From contig CAYGUB010000001.1 of assembly GCA_964352845.1 (NCBI GenBank), positions 3,662-67,661 on the forward strand: a DNA stretch of 64,000 bases. The letters are read 5' to 3'. The position numbers were made by a program, and so were the translations under genes. The notes under the pieces are model-generated. The model made no database searches, was not told the origin of the DNA, and saw nothing but the letters and a program-made list of their open reading frames with translations. Source of the DNA: an uncultured Rhodobacterales bacterium. GTDB taxonomy: Bacteria; Pseudomonadota; Alphaproteobacteria; Rhodobacterales; Rhodobacteraceae. Positions 50,872 through 59,195 of this stretch are shown one piece after another (within the stretch, counting starts at the first letter, position 1; each line of letters begins with the position of its first letter).

Positions 50872-51109
50872 GGTTAATCTTTCCTAGCGGGGTGCGGACC
50901 CGTAATTACGCATCCTAACACGAGACTCAAGATATTCGACTCACATGGCGGCATTGTTAACGCCGGTTTGACGCTGGTGCGATAATCCGCCCATTGTCGA
51001 GATAAACGTCTTGGGATTTGTCGTAATATACTGCAAAACAACGCCGTTAACGGTGGCGTTTGTATGCGGGTGTTTGTATTCCTTCACAAATTCAACAGTG
51101 AGTGCTGGT

Positions 51110-51871
51110 ATGCCCATCGTAAAAACAGGGTCTAAACTGATCTACTATGCCCATGTGCCAAAATGTGGCGGGTCGGCCGTTCAGGATTACTTGTCTGCGC
51201 GGTTCGGACCTCTCGCATTCGAAGACAGGCGCCATACTGGCCATTCCGAGCGTGATCTGTGGTCCAGGACCTCTCCTCAACATATTGACAAGAGGTCTCT
51301 TTCCCGGCTTTTCCCGCCCGCGTTCTTCGACGCGCAATTCACCATCGTCCGGCATCCCGTTGCCCGAATCGTCAGCGCCTACCATTTCCAGCTTGAGGTC
51401 GAATCGCGGATCTCCAAGCAGACGAAATTCCATGACTGGCTGCTGGAGCTTGAAGAGGGGTTGTCGGAAAACCCCTTCCTTTTTGACAACCACGTTCGGC
51501 CGATGTCCGATATCGTGCCGGAAGGGGCAAAGGTCTTCTACCTCGAACATGGGCTGGATGCGCTGGTGCCGTTCTTTGACGATATCGTGGGCGACCGCGC
51601 CACGCCAAGGTCGGTGGGACACACCAACAAACGCGGTGACTTTGCAAAGACCGCCGGCGACAAAGTTGCGCCGACGGAAGAGGATATGAAGATTATCTCT
51701 TCGATCTATGCGGAAGATTTTGAGCGGTTTGGCTACGCCATTGGCGACAAGAAACCGTTGGCCGGAAAGCCCTACCTGTCCCCGACCTACTTGCAGGAAC
51801 GCGATCTGGACAGGCAGAAATCCGGGTCCGGGCTGCAAAGGGTGAAGACGGCGCTGCGGCGGTTTACCTGA
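51110..51871 (+). CDS. Sulfotransferase family 2 protein
   Basis: PAPS-binding motifs HVPKCGGS and VRHPVARIVSAY; C-terminal YAEDFERFGY; start ATG 51110. Confidence 0.88.
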   Translation: MPIVKTGSKLIYYAHVPKCGGSAVQDYLSARFGPLAFEDRRHTGHSERDLWSRTSPQHIDKRSLSRLFPPAFFDAQFTIVRHPVARIVSAYHFQLEVESRISKQTKFHDWLLELEEGLSENPFLFDNHVRPMSDIVPEGAKVFYLEHGLDALVPFFDDIVGDRATPRSVGHTNKRGDFAKTAGDKVAPTEEDMKIISSIYAEDFERFGYAIGDKKPLAGKPYLSPTYLQERDLDRQKSGSGLQRVKTALRRFT

Positions 51872-51893
51872 CTGAGGGCCTGATCCTTGGCGC

Positions 51894-51931
51894 GTAAGGG
51901 CCCGGCTTCGTGACAGAAGGTCGGGCCTTAC
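51894..51931. terminator. Hairpin between convergent genes
   Basis: GTAAGGGCCCGGCTTC...GAAGGTCGGGCCTTAC imperfect stem. Confidence 0.6.
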
Positions 51932-51934
51932 CTT

Positions 51935-52417
51935 TCAGTGACCCGCGCCATGGCCATCGTGTTTCGTAGCCGTGTCAGAGCGCGATTTGACGCTGAACAT
52001 CACCTCTATCTCGCCCGCCTTTTCGAAGATCAGCTTGGCTGGGATCTTTTCGTCCAGCTCGAACGGATCGCCATCAAGACCCATGAACATCACGTGAAAC
52101 CCACCGGGTTCCAAGGCAACGGTTTGCCCGGCAGGGATGTCTATGGCATCGACATGTCTCATACGCGCGACATCGTCCTTGGTTTCCGTTGTGTGCAGCA
52201 TAACGCGCGGGAAGTCGGCCTGGACCCCTAGCAGGCGGTCGTCCTGAGGCCCGTTATTGATGATCGACAGATACCCGCCCCCCGATTTGGCGGTTCTGGC
52301 GGTTTCAAAGGCGGTAGGGTCGTGGATGGTGATGTCACCGATCGTGAACTCAAGCGCTTGGGCGGCAACGGCCCATGCACCAAGAACAGCGGCAGCTGCG
52401 AAGGGAAGAATTTTCAT
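51935..52417 (-). CDS. Periplasmic copper chaperone PCu(A)C
   Basis: Signal peptide, GGYLSI.N....DRL, MLH...M...LEPGGFHVMFM copper motif, His-rich tail; start ATG 52417. Confidence 0.93.
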   Translation of the reverse strand: MKILPFAAAAVLGAWAVAAQALEFTIGDITIHDPTAFETARTAKSGGGYLSIINNGPQDDRLLGVQADFPRVMLHTTETKDDVARMRHVDAIDIPAGQTVALEPGGFHVMFMGLDGDPFELDEKIPAKLIFEKAGEIEVMFSVKSRSDTATKHDGHGAGH

Positions 52418-52422
52418 TTTGG

Positions 52423-52445
52423 CGCTCCGATATGGCCAATCGGCG
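52423..52445 (-). promoter_or_regulatory. Hairpin masking the PCuAC Shine-Dalgarno
   Basis: Minus strand CGCCGAT-TGGCCAT-ATCGGAGCG; the GGAG lies in the 3' arm just upstream of the ATG. Confidence 0.55.
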
Positions 52446-52484
52446 ATGCGGCTGGCAGTGGTGGGTGTGTGACGCAGGCGAGGT

Positions 52485-52850
52485 TCACGCCATCGGAGGC
52501 GCGCGGACCGGTCGGGAGAGATCAAACGCGGCGGCCAAATGCAAATCACCCTGCAACCCGCATCGTGCCAGTATCAGGTGGGTCGCGCAGAACGGATCAA
52601 TCGGCTGATGGCGCGCAATGAGCGCCGAGCCTATCAGCCTGCAGGCATCACAAGACATCGCGGCATCATGCGGCGCGCGGCCATCATGGGCGCAGATATC
52701 CGTCAGCGCCGCACCGGTCTCAAGAAATGCCAGAAGGTCGGGATCATCGGCGGCCTGTGTGCGATGCGCAAACCCCGTCCCAGCCATTGCGCCGATCAGC
52801 ACAAGAGCTATGAGCATTCTGCCAATTGCCGAGAGCAGACTTTGTATCAT
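52485..52850 (-). CDS. DUF2946/CutF/CruR-like leader protein with CxxC and C-terminal RAPP motif
   Basis: N-terminal hydrophobic signal, DIC...H...H...CDAC, ends SRPVRAPPMA; directly upstream of a copper gene. Confidence 0.78.
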   Translation of the reverse strand: MIQSLLSAIGRMLIALVLIGAMAGTGFAHRTQAADDPDLLAFLETGAALTDICAHDGRAPHDAAMSCDACRLIGSALIARHQPIDPFCATHLILARCGLQGDLHLAAAFDLSRPVRAPPMA

Positions 52851-53034
52851 GAGTTTCCTATAGCGGCTGCCAAATGGACCTGCCAGAGGCGTCGCCGGTG
52901 GGTCGGAGCGGGTCCTGCGCAGGAGATCATGCATCAAGGTCGCACTGCAACATGGCATTTCCTCCCTTAGGACAAATTTTAGTCATTCTTGAAAAGCATC
53001 CATCCGTCACTTCTCAATCAGACGGATCTGAGCT

Positions 53035-55215
53035 TTGCCGCATCGCGACGACTTCTCAACGGACATCCCCGCGGTTCCGGATAATCCGCAGTCTCCCATC
53101 CATGTTCCTGGTCCAAGCAGTCCGGGCGCAGGCCATGATCATTATGGTGCCACAGATCTGCATGACCACGCCGATCTGTCGGACCACGCGCAGGACGATG
53201 ATCATAGTCACGTCCAGCATGCTGGGTCGGACCTTTCCAGGCAATATGTGCCGGTCACAGGCTATCAGCGGGCCCCGCGACCCGATTTTATCGCAACGGG
53301 CGACACGACGGTCGACAGCCTCGTTGATGGTCTCATCATGAACAATATCTACACATCCGGGACTGTTCTGACCTACACGTTCGATCTGATCGCCGGGCTG
53401 CAAGCTGACCCGAACTGGAGCAAGCTCAACGCGGCTGCCATAGAGCGGCATCTCGACATGTTTGACATGTTTACCAACATGACAGGTGTGGAGCTTGTGG
53501 AGGTGGACCCAAGCAAGCAGAACGCCAATCTGTATTTTGCTTTTCGCGAAGGCACTGCCACGGCCTATGTCACGTCGCTGAATGGCGGTGTGATCCATGT
53601 CTATAACCCCGACCGCCCTGATCCGGTTTTGGGCAATTACACCGATCACCTGATGCTGCACGAATTTGGCCATGGGTTGGGGCTGGCCCATGGGCATCAT
53701 GACGGCACCTTGCCCGATGAGTTTCAGGGGCATTCCTGGTCCGTGATGTCCTACCGGGCCCATCCCGAGACAAACAGTCTGTTCTTTTCCGACACCCATG
53801 GACCCGAAACCTTCATGCTCGCCGATCTGGCTGCGCTTCAGTACCAGTTCGGCGCCAATTTCAAGGCGTTCGGGGGCGATACGACCTACACTGTCAATTT
53901 CGATACCGGAGAGTTTCTCATTGATGGCATAAGCCAGGGCGTGCCGCGCAATAATCAGATGTTGCGTACAGTGTGGGACGGGGATGGTGTCGACACGCTT
54001 GATCTGTCAAATGCAGTGCAGTCGCTGTCCATCGATCTGCGCCCGGGTGCGTTTACCAGTTTCGGGCCGGGCTATCTGAGCTATCAAAGCTCTGATCCTA
54101 CCGGACAGGCCCTGTTTGCCGAAGGTAACATCGCCAATCCCTATCTCTATCAAGGCAACACGCAATCGCTGCTTGAAAACGCAATAGGCAGTGTATTTAG
54201 CGATATCATCATCGGAAATCAGGTGGATAACACTCTATGGGGCGGGGCGGGGTCCGATGAGATTGACGGCGCCGAGGGGCAAGACGTGCTCCATGGGGAT
54301 GCGGGGTCCGACATCCTGTCCGGCGGCGCCGGGTTCGACACCTTGCATGGTGGCTCGGGCGGTGATCGGCTGTCAGGCGGGTCGGGCGCTGACACGATCT
54401 ATGGTGGTGGCGGGGATGACTTCATCTTCGGAAATACCGGCGTGGATGAGATCCATGGCGGCGCAGGCAATGATGATATCTCAACCGGTGAGGGCGCCGA
54501 TATCGCCTATGGTGACTTTGGTGATGACCGCATCATCGGGCGGTCCGGCTATGACGAGCTTTATGGCGGGCACGGGGCGGACCATCTTCTGGGCAGCGCC
54601 GGCAATGATCAACTATATGGTGATGCGGGCGATGACCTGCTGGAGGGCGGCACGGCGCTGGATACGCTTCATGGCGGCTTCGGCGCGGATCGGCTGTATG
54701 GCAATAGCGGGGCCGATACGATTTATGGCGATGCCGGCGAGGATCAGCTCTTTGGGGGCTCCGGCATTGACCGGCTTTTCGGTGGGACCGAGAATGACGT
54801 GCTCTATGGCATGGCCGGGTCTGACATCATCAATGGCGACCGCGGTGCGGATCGGCTGTTTGGCGGTTCGGGCAACGACCGGCTGAATGGCGGCGACGGG
54901 GATGACCTGCTGCAGGGCAATCAGGGGCTCGACATACTCAATGGGGGTGCGGGCGACGATATTCTGCGTGGCGGAACGCTGGCGGATACATTCGTCTTTG
55001 ACTTCGGTGACGGACATGACGTGATCGAGGATTTCAACCTTTCGGTCGATACGTTGCTGCTTGATACGAGGCTGGTTGAATTCCTGGCAGATGCGGTGAA
55101 GCTGGTCGATGCGCTGTTTATTTCCATGGGAGAGGCGCAGTCATTGACCCTGAACGGCCTGTCGGACGTTGACGATCTGATGGCCCGAACACAGGTGATG
55201 GATTTGATGGCCTGA
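53035..55215 (+). CDS. Serralysin-like M10 zinc metalloprotease with RTX calcium-binding repeats
   Basis: HEFGHGLGLAH, Met-turn SVMSY, DLAALQYQFGAN, TVWDGDGVDTLDLS, IDLRPG, ENAIG motifs; TTG start uncertain. Confidence 0.9.
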   Translation: MPHRDDFSTDIPAVPDNPQSPIHVPGPSSPGAGHDHYGATDLHDHADLSDHAQDDDHSHVQHAGSDLSRQYVPVTGYQRAPRPDFIATGDTTVDSLVDGLIMNNIYTSGTVLTYTFDLIAGLQADPNWSKLNAAAIERHLDMFDMFTNMTGVELVEVDPSKQNANLYFAFREGTATAYVTSLNGGVIHVYNPDRPDPVLGNYTDHLMLHEFGHGLGLAHGHHDGTLPDEFQGHSWSVMSYRAHPETNSLFFSDTHGPETFMLADLAALQYQFGANFKAFGGDTTYTVNFDTGEFLIDGISQGVPRNNQMLRTVWDGDGVDTLDLSNAVQSLSIDLRPGAFTSFGPGYLSYQSSDPTGQALFAEGNIANPYLYQGNTQSLLENAIGSVFSDIIIGNQVDNTLWGGAGSDEIDGAEGQDVLHGDAGSDILSGGAGFDTLHGGSGGDRLSGGSGADTIYGGGGDDFIFGNTGVDEIHGGAGNDDISTGEGADIAYGDFGDDRIIGRSGYDELYGGHGADHLLGSAGNDQLYGDAGDDLLEGGTALDTLHGGFGADRLYGNSGADTIYGDAGEDQLFGGSGIDRLFGGTENDVLYGMAGSDIINGDRGADRLFGGSGNDRLNGGDGDDLLQGNQGLDILNGGAGDDILRGGTLADTFVFDFGDGHDVIEDFNLSVDTLLLDTRLVEFLADAVKLVDALFISMGEAQSLTLNGLSDVDDLMARTQVMDLMA
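54214..54996 (+). repeat. 29 consecutive RTX nonapeptide (GGxGxDxLx) repeats
   Basis: Counted from the translation, GNQVDNTLW to GGTLADTFV. Confidence 0.9.
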
Positions 55216-55225
55216 CAGATGTTCA

Positions 55226-55257
55226 CGGGCCGCCCGCAAAACGCGCGGCCCGGTTTT
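55226..55257. terminator. Hairpin terminator between convergent genes
   Basis: CGGGCCGC...GCGGCCCG followed by GTTTT. Confidence 0.65.
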
Positions 55258-55259
55258 GC

Positions 55260-56333
55260 TCAGCTCATTTCAGCCTTGGCACGTTTCCAAAGGCCCTTGA
55301 CCACGTCGGAGTCGATCTGCGTGACTTCTTTGGTAATGGAGGTTTTCACCAGCTCGTCAGCGAGGGTGCCCAGATCGAAGTCACCCAGAAACGCGTCGCC
55401 CCCGAAGGTTCGCACCTCTATCTTGGCGTTTTCGGTCATGCTGGCGACCAAAAACTCGCCGATGGCCAATCCCAGAAATGCCCCGGCCATGCTGTCCGAG
55501 GGGTAATGAACCCCGGCAATGGTACGGTTTGCCGATATTCGCGCAGCCACACGCATCAAGGGGGTCTGCTCCCCTACCAGTTCAACCGCCGGTTTACGAT
55601 CGGATGTCAGGGCCGACAGGACATAGGCAATCGCAAAGGATTCGGTCGCGTGACCGCTGGGCCAACTGCCATGGCCGGGTGTCTGGATTATTGGCATGAC
55701 TTTCTGGCTGGTCGTAATTGGCCGCGGGAAATCGAAATGCAGCTTGAAGCGCATCTCGAGAATCGACGCGAGGCGCAGCACTGCATAGAGCAGCTCATTC
55801 GTCCGTTTTGTGGCCTCCGGACTCATATAATGCAGAGCGCCGAAGAAGGTCAGAATATCCTGTGTCTGGATATGGATTTCCGCCTGACGGTCGAGCCTGA
55901 GATCGGCATAGTTGCGCACAATCGGCAATTGGTCGTCCAAAAAGGCCTGATCGTCGTTTGGCGCCTTCAGCTCCACGATCTTGCGGCCTGTGATCAGATC
56001 GGATTTCAGACTGGCCTTATTGGGATCCGACAGATCAATATTGAACATCTGCTGGAGGTCGAAATCGAGGATCTCCGACTGTGGATACCCTTCGAACCGC
56101 CGAAACGCTTCCCAACCACCGGGTCGCGCATTCGCTGTGATAGAGCCTTTTCCGTCCCACGCCCGGGCAATCCCGTCGCGTGTTGTGATCAAACCGAAGC
56201 CCACATAGTCCGACGTGGCGCCTGAGCTGCCGGACGATCCCGAGGACCCAGAGCTGCCGGATGAGCCTGAGCTGCCGGATGAACCTGAACTTCCCGAGGA
56301 TCCGGAGCTTCCTGATGAACCTGAACTACCCAT
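55260..56333 (-). CDS. PAP2 / vanadium haloperoxidase-fold protein with N-terminal (GSS)12 repeat
   Basis: Motifs KLHFDFPRP, TPGHGSWPSGH, NRTIAGVHYPSD; ATG 56333 preceded by AAAGGT. Confidence 0.85.
   Translation of the reverse strand: MGSSGSSGSSGSSGSSGSSGSSGSSGSSGSSGSSGSSGATSDYVGFGLITTRDGIARAWDGKGSITANARPGGWEAFRRFEGYPQSEILDFDLQQMFNIDLSDPNKASLKSDLITGRKIVELKAPNDDQAFLDDQLPIVRNYADLRLDRQAEIHIQTQDILTFFGALHYMSPEATKRTNELLYAVLRLASILEMRFKLHFDFPRPITTSQKVMPIIQTPGHGSWPSGHATESFAIAYVLSALTSDRKPAVELVGEQTPLMRVAARISANRTIAGVHYPSDSMAGAFLGLAIGEFLVASMTENAKIEVRTFGGDAFLGDFDLGTLADELVKTSITKEVTQIDSDVVKGLWKRAKAEMS
56223..56330 (-). repeat. (Gly-Ser-Ser)12 coding repeat
   Basis: 108 nt, 12 perfect amino-acid units with varied synonymous codons. 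Confidence 0.95.
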
Positions 56334-56432
56334 AATTTTTCTACCTTTCAAATAATCTTCAACCTAACAAAGTTGCCCTAGGGGCGCAAAAGAGTCTCGG
56401 ATCGCGCAGGCAATCACAAGATTTCTTTATGA

Positions 56433-58097
56433 TTGTGTATATTTCAGTTAGGATATCTTAACAAGAAAAAGTGTTTTGCTGAGATTCTGTCAACACACGG
56501 AGGACGTATCATCGGACTGATCGTGAGCCTTCAGGGACGGTTTTCAATCGTCGACGGGGCTGAGGAAGAGCTGAAGCTCCCTAGCGCCAAGGGCCAGGCC
56601 CTGGTCGCGCTGTTATGCTGCAGTCCGGAAATGAAGAGGACGCGTGTGTGGTTGCAGGATATGCTCTGGAGCGACCGGGAGCATGAGCAGGCCTCCGGAA
56701 GCCTGAGACAGACCCTTTCTCAGCTGAAAAAGGCCCTTAACGTCGATGGCGATTTGCTCTCAGCGGACCGGAGCTGCGTCTGGCTTGATGAAAGCCGGGT
56801 CAAGGTATCCGATGCTGAATGCTCTCCCGATGTTCAGTTTCTCGAAGGGCTGAACGTGCGCGACAAGGCCTTTGGTGCCTGGCTCGACGAGCAGCGCGCC
56901 AAACGCAACAGCAAGACGGCGCTTGTGGGTCCGGGTCTCATCTCGGCGCACAAGCCTGTCAATGAAACCTTGTTTCTGTCCACCTTCAGTGGGTCCGATG
57001 AGATCGACCATGTCGTGTCGCAGGTGGTTGCCGGGAAGATCGCTCAGAACCTGCGCGAGACGTTGGGCATTGAGGTCCTGATTGATCAACCCGACCAGGA
57101 GGCGCGGGTAAGTGGTTTGATGATCAAGGTTGGGGTCGCATCCCGCGATGAAAGCAGGCTGGTTCACTGCCAATGCGCCAAACTGGCGGATGGGCAGATC
57201 TTCTGGTCGGGCTCGCGGACCGTATCCTCCCGGGATTTGCTGCCGCAGAGCGATGACAACCTGTCCCAACTGGTCAATGAGGTGACGCTGGCGACATGCA
57301 CGATGCTCGCGCGGTCCGGCCACAGCGCCGAGACGAAATCATCCATTGCCGTAATCTCCGACGCCGTACGCCAGATCTTTTCGATGGACAGGGAACAACA
57401 CGCATTGGCCGACAAGGCTCTGGAAGGGGTATCAGAGGGGTCGCTGACCGGCATCGGGCTGTCCTGGCGGGTTATTCTGCGCGTTGTCATGTCGATGGAA
57501 CGGATGGTGACTGATCCCGACAAGCTGCGCGATGAGATCCTCGAATTCTCGCGTAAGGCCGAGGAAAGCGATCCTCTGAACTCGATCGTGCTGGCTTCCA
57601 ACGCCTATGCCAGTCTGATGATGTTTGACGACGTGGCGCGTTGCGTGGAACTGGGCGAGAAAAGCACCGAGATCAATGCCTCCAACCCGTTTGGATGGCT
57701 TGCCCGGTCGTTTGCAGGTATCCGGTCTGACCGGTTCGAAGAGGCTACGCAATATATGGCGCGTGCCCAGATGCTTGAGAGGATTTCGCCGCATCGCTAC
57801 TGGTGGGACTGCATGTTCGCGATCAGCGCGACGGCAAACAGCAAATACGCCCTAGCCCTGAACACATTTGAGCGGGTGCATGCACAATCGCCGAATTTCA
57901 AACCGCCCCTGCGCTATCTTCTTTCGCTTCATGCTGCGAATGGCGACCACAAGAAAGCCAATGAGGTCCTCGCGAAGCTGCAGGCCGCTGAACCGGATTT
58001 CTCGGTCCAACGATTGATCAGTGATGACAAATACCCCGCGCATATCCTGCGTCATACCGGTCTGACCAGCCGCATCTCGACGGATGACCTTAGCTGA
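56433..58097 (+). CDS. Transcriptional regulator: SARP-like winged helix, BTAD-like segment, central alpha/beta domain and TPR-like C-terminus
   Basis: KGQALVALL...RTRVWLQDMLWSDR..EQASGSLRQTLSQL, FLEGL.VRD..F..WL..QR, TPR-like DPLNS/NASNP/SPNFKP; true start probably 56508-56523. Confidence 0.72.
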   Translation: MCIFQLGYLNKKKCFAEILSTHGGRIIGLIVSLQGRFSIVDGAEEELKLPSAKGQALVALLCCSPEMKRTRVWLQDMLWSDREHEQASGSLRQTLSQLKKALNVDGDLLSADRSCVWLDESRVKVSDAECSPDVQFLEGLNVRDKAFGAWLDEQRAKRNSKTALVGPGLISAHKPVNETLFLSTFSGSDEIDHVVSQVVAGKIAQNLRETLGIEVLIDQPDQEARVSGLMIKVGVASRDESRLVHCQCAKLADGQIFWSGSRTVSSRDLLPQSDDNLSQLVNEVTLATCTMLARSGHSAETKSSIAVISDAVRQIFSMDREQHALADKALEGVSEGSLTGIGLSWRVILRVVMSMERMVTDPDKLRDEILEFSRKAEESDPLNSIVLASNAYASLMMFDDVARCVELGEKSTEINASNPFGWLARSFAGIRSDRFEEATQYMARAQMLERISPHRYWWDCMFAISATANSKYALALNTFERVHAQSPNFKPPLRYLLSLHAANGDHKKANEVLAKLQAAEPDFSVQRLISDDKYPAHILRHTGLTSRISTDDLS

Positions 58098-58146
58098 GTT
58101 CAGCCTCGTCTTGATGGCCCGCGAAGCATCCGCCCGATCACTCGGA

Positions 58147-59172
58147 TCACAAGGCGGTCTCGTCTGATCCAAAGAAGTGCAGATTGTCGGGCTCAAATGA
58201 CAATCCGACGGTTTGCCCTTCGATATTCGGCATCGCGCCCGAGCTTCGGACGGTCAGAAGCCCAAGCGGACCGCAGTCGATATAGTGGAAGAAATCCGCG
58301 CCGAGATACTCGCTGACCTGAACGGTACCATCGCAATGACCGCTGCCCGCCTCTCCGATGCCGATATGTTCCGGGCGTATGCCAAGTTGAACAGCACCGG
58401 TCTTCATAGCGGGCGTTGATGTGAACCCGTTATCATCAATGCATGGAATCAGGTTCATTTTCGGGCTGCCGATGAATTGCGCGACAAAGACGTTTTCGGG
58501 GCTCTCGTAAAGCTCCCGCGGCGTGCCGACCTGCATGATCAACCCGTCTCTGAGTACCACTATTCGATCCGCAAGCGTCATCGCCTCGACTTGATCATGG
58601 GTCACATAAACCATCGTCGTTTGCAGCATCTTGTGTAGCCGGGCAATTTCGAACCGCATGTCAACGCGCAAGGAGGCATCAAGGTTGGACAAAGGCTCAT
58701 CGAACAGAAAACCCTTGGGCTTGCGCACAATCGCGCGCCCGATGGCGACCCGTTGGCGTTGCCCGCCCGAGAGATCCTTGGGGCGGCGATCCAGATACTC
58801 GCCCAGCTTCAGGATATCGGCAGCGTTTCCCACTTTCTCATCAATCTCGGTCTTTGATGCACCGGCGGTCTTCAGGGCAAAGCCCATATTTTCCTCGACG
58901 CTCAGATGCGGATAGAGCGCGTATGATTGAAACACCATCGCCAGTTCCCGCTCTGACGGGACTTTGTGGGTCACATCATCTCCGTCCAGCACGATTTGCC
59001 CACGGCTTGTTTCCTCAAGCCCCGCGATCATGCGCAGAAGGGTCGATTTCCCGCAGCCCGAGGGACCCACGAAGATGATGAGTTCGCCGTCGCGAATATC
59101 GAGATCAATCCCCTTGATCACCTGAATGTCGCCAAACCACTTTTCAACTGCCTTGAGGCTGATGGATCCCAT
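58147..59172 (-). CDS. Carbohydrate ABC transporter ATP-binding protein (MalK/UgpC family)
   Basis: GPSGCGKST, VFQSYALYPH, LSGGQRQR, DEPLSNLD, VTHDQVEAMT motifs. Confidence 0.96.
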   Translation of the reverse strand: MGSISLKAVEKWFGDIQVIKGIDLDIRDGELIIFVGPSGCGKSTLLRMIAGLEETSRGQIVLDGDDVTHKVPSERELAMVFQSYALYPHLSVEENMGFALKTAGASKTEIDEKVGNAADILKLGEYLDRRPKDLSGGQRQRVAIGRAIVRKPKGFLFDEPLSNLDASLRVDMRFEIARLHKMLQTTMVYVTHDQVEAMTLADRIVVLRDGLIMQVGTPRELYESPENVFVAQFIGSPKMNLIPCIDDNGFTSTPAMKTGAVQLGIRPEHIGIGEAGSGHCDGTVQVSEYLGADFFHYIDCGPLGLLTVRSSGAMPNIEGQTVGLSFEPDNLHFFGSDETAL

Positions 59173-59195
59173 GCCTGAATCTCCTTCGATCGGGC

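Noticed and set aside
50957-50972. CtrA-like site TTAA-N7-TTGAC between the beta-helix and sulfotransferase genes
   Set aside because: Single one-mismatch site in an AT-richer gap; too weak without conservation data
33700-58100. Accessory region as a mobile genomic island or prophage
   Set aside because: No integrase, transposase, tRNA, att-like flanking repeats or phage structural cluster seen
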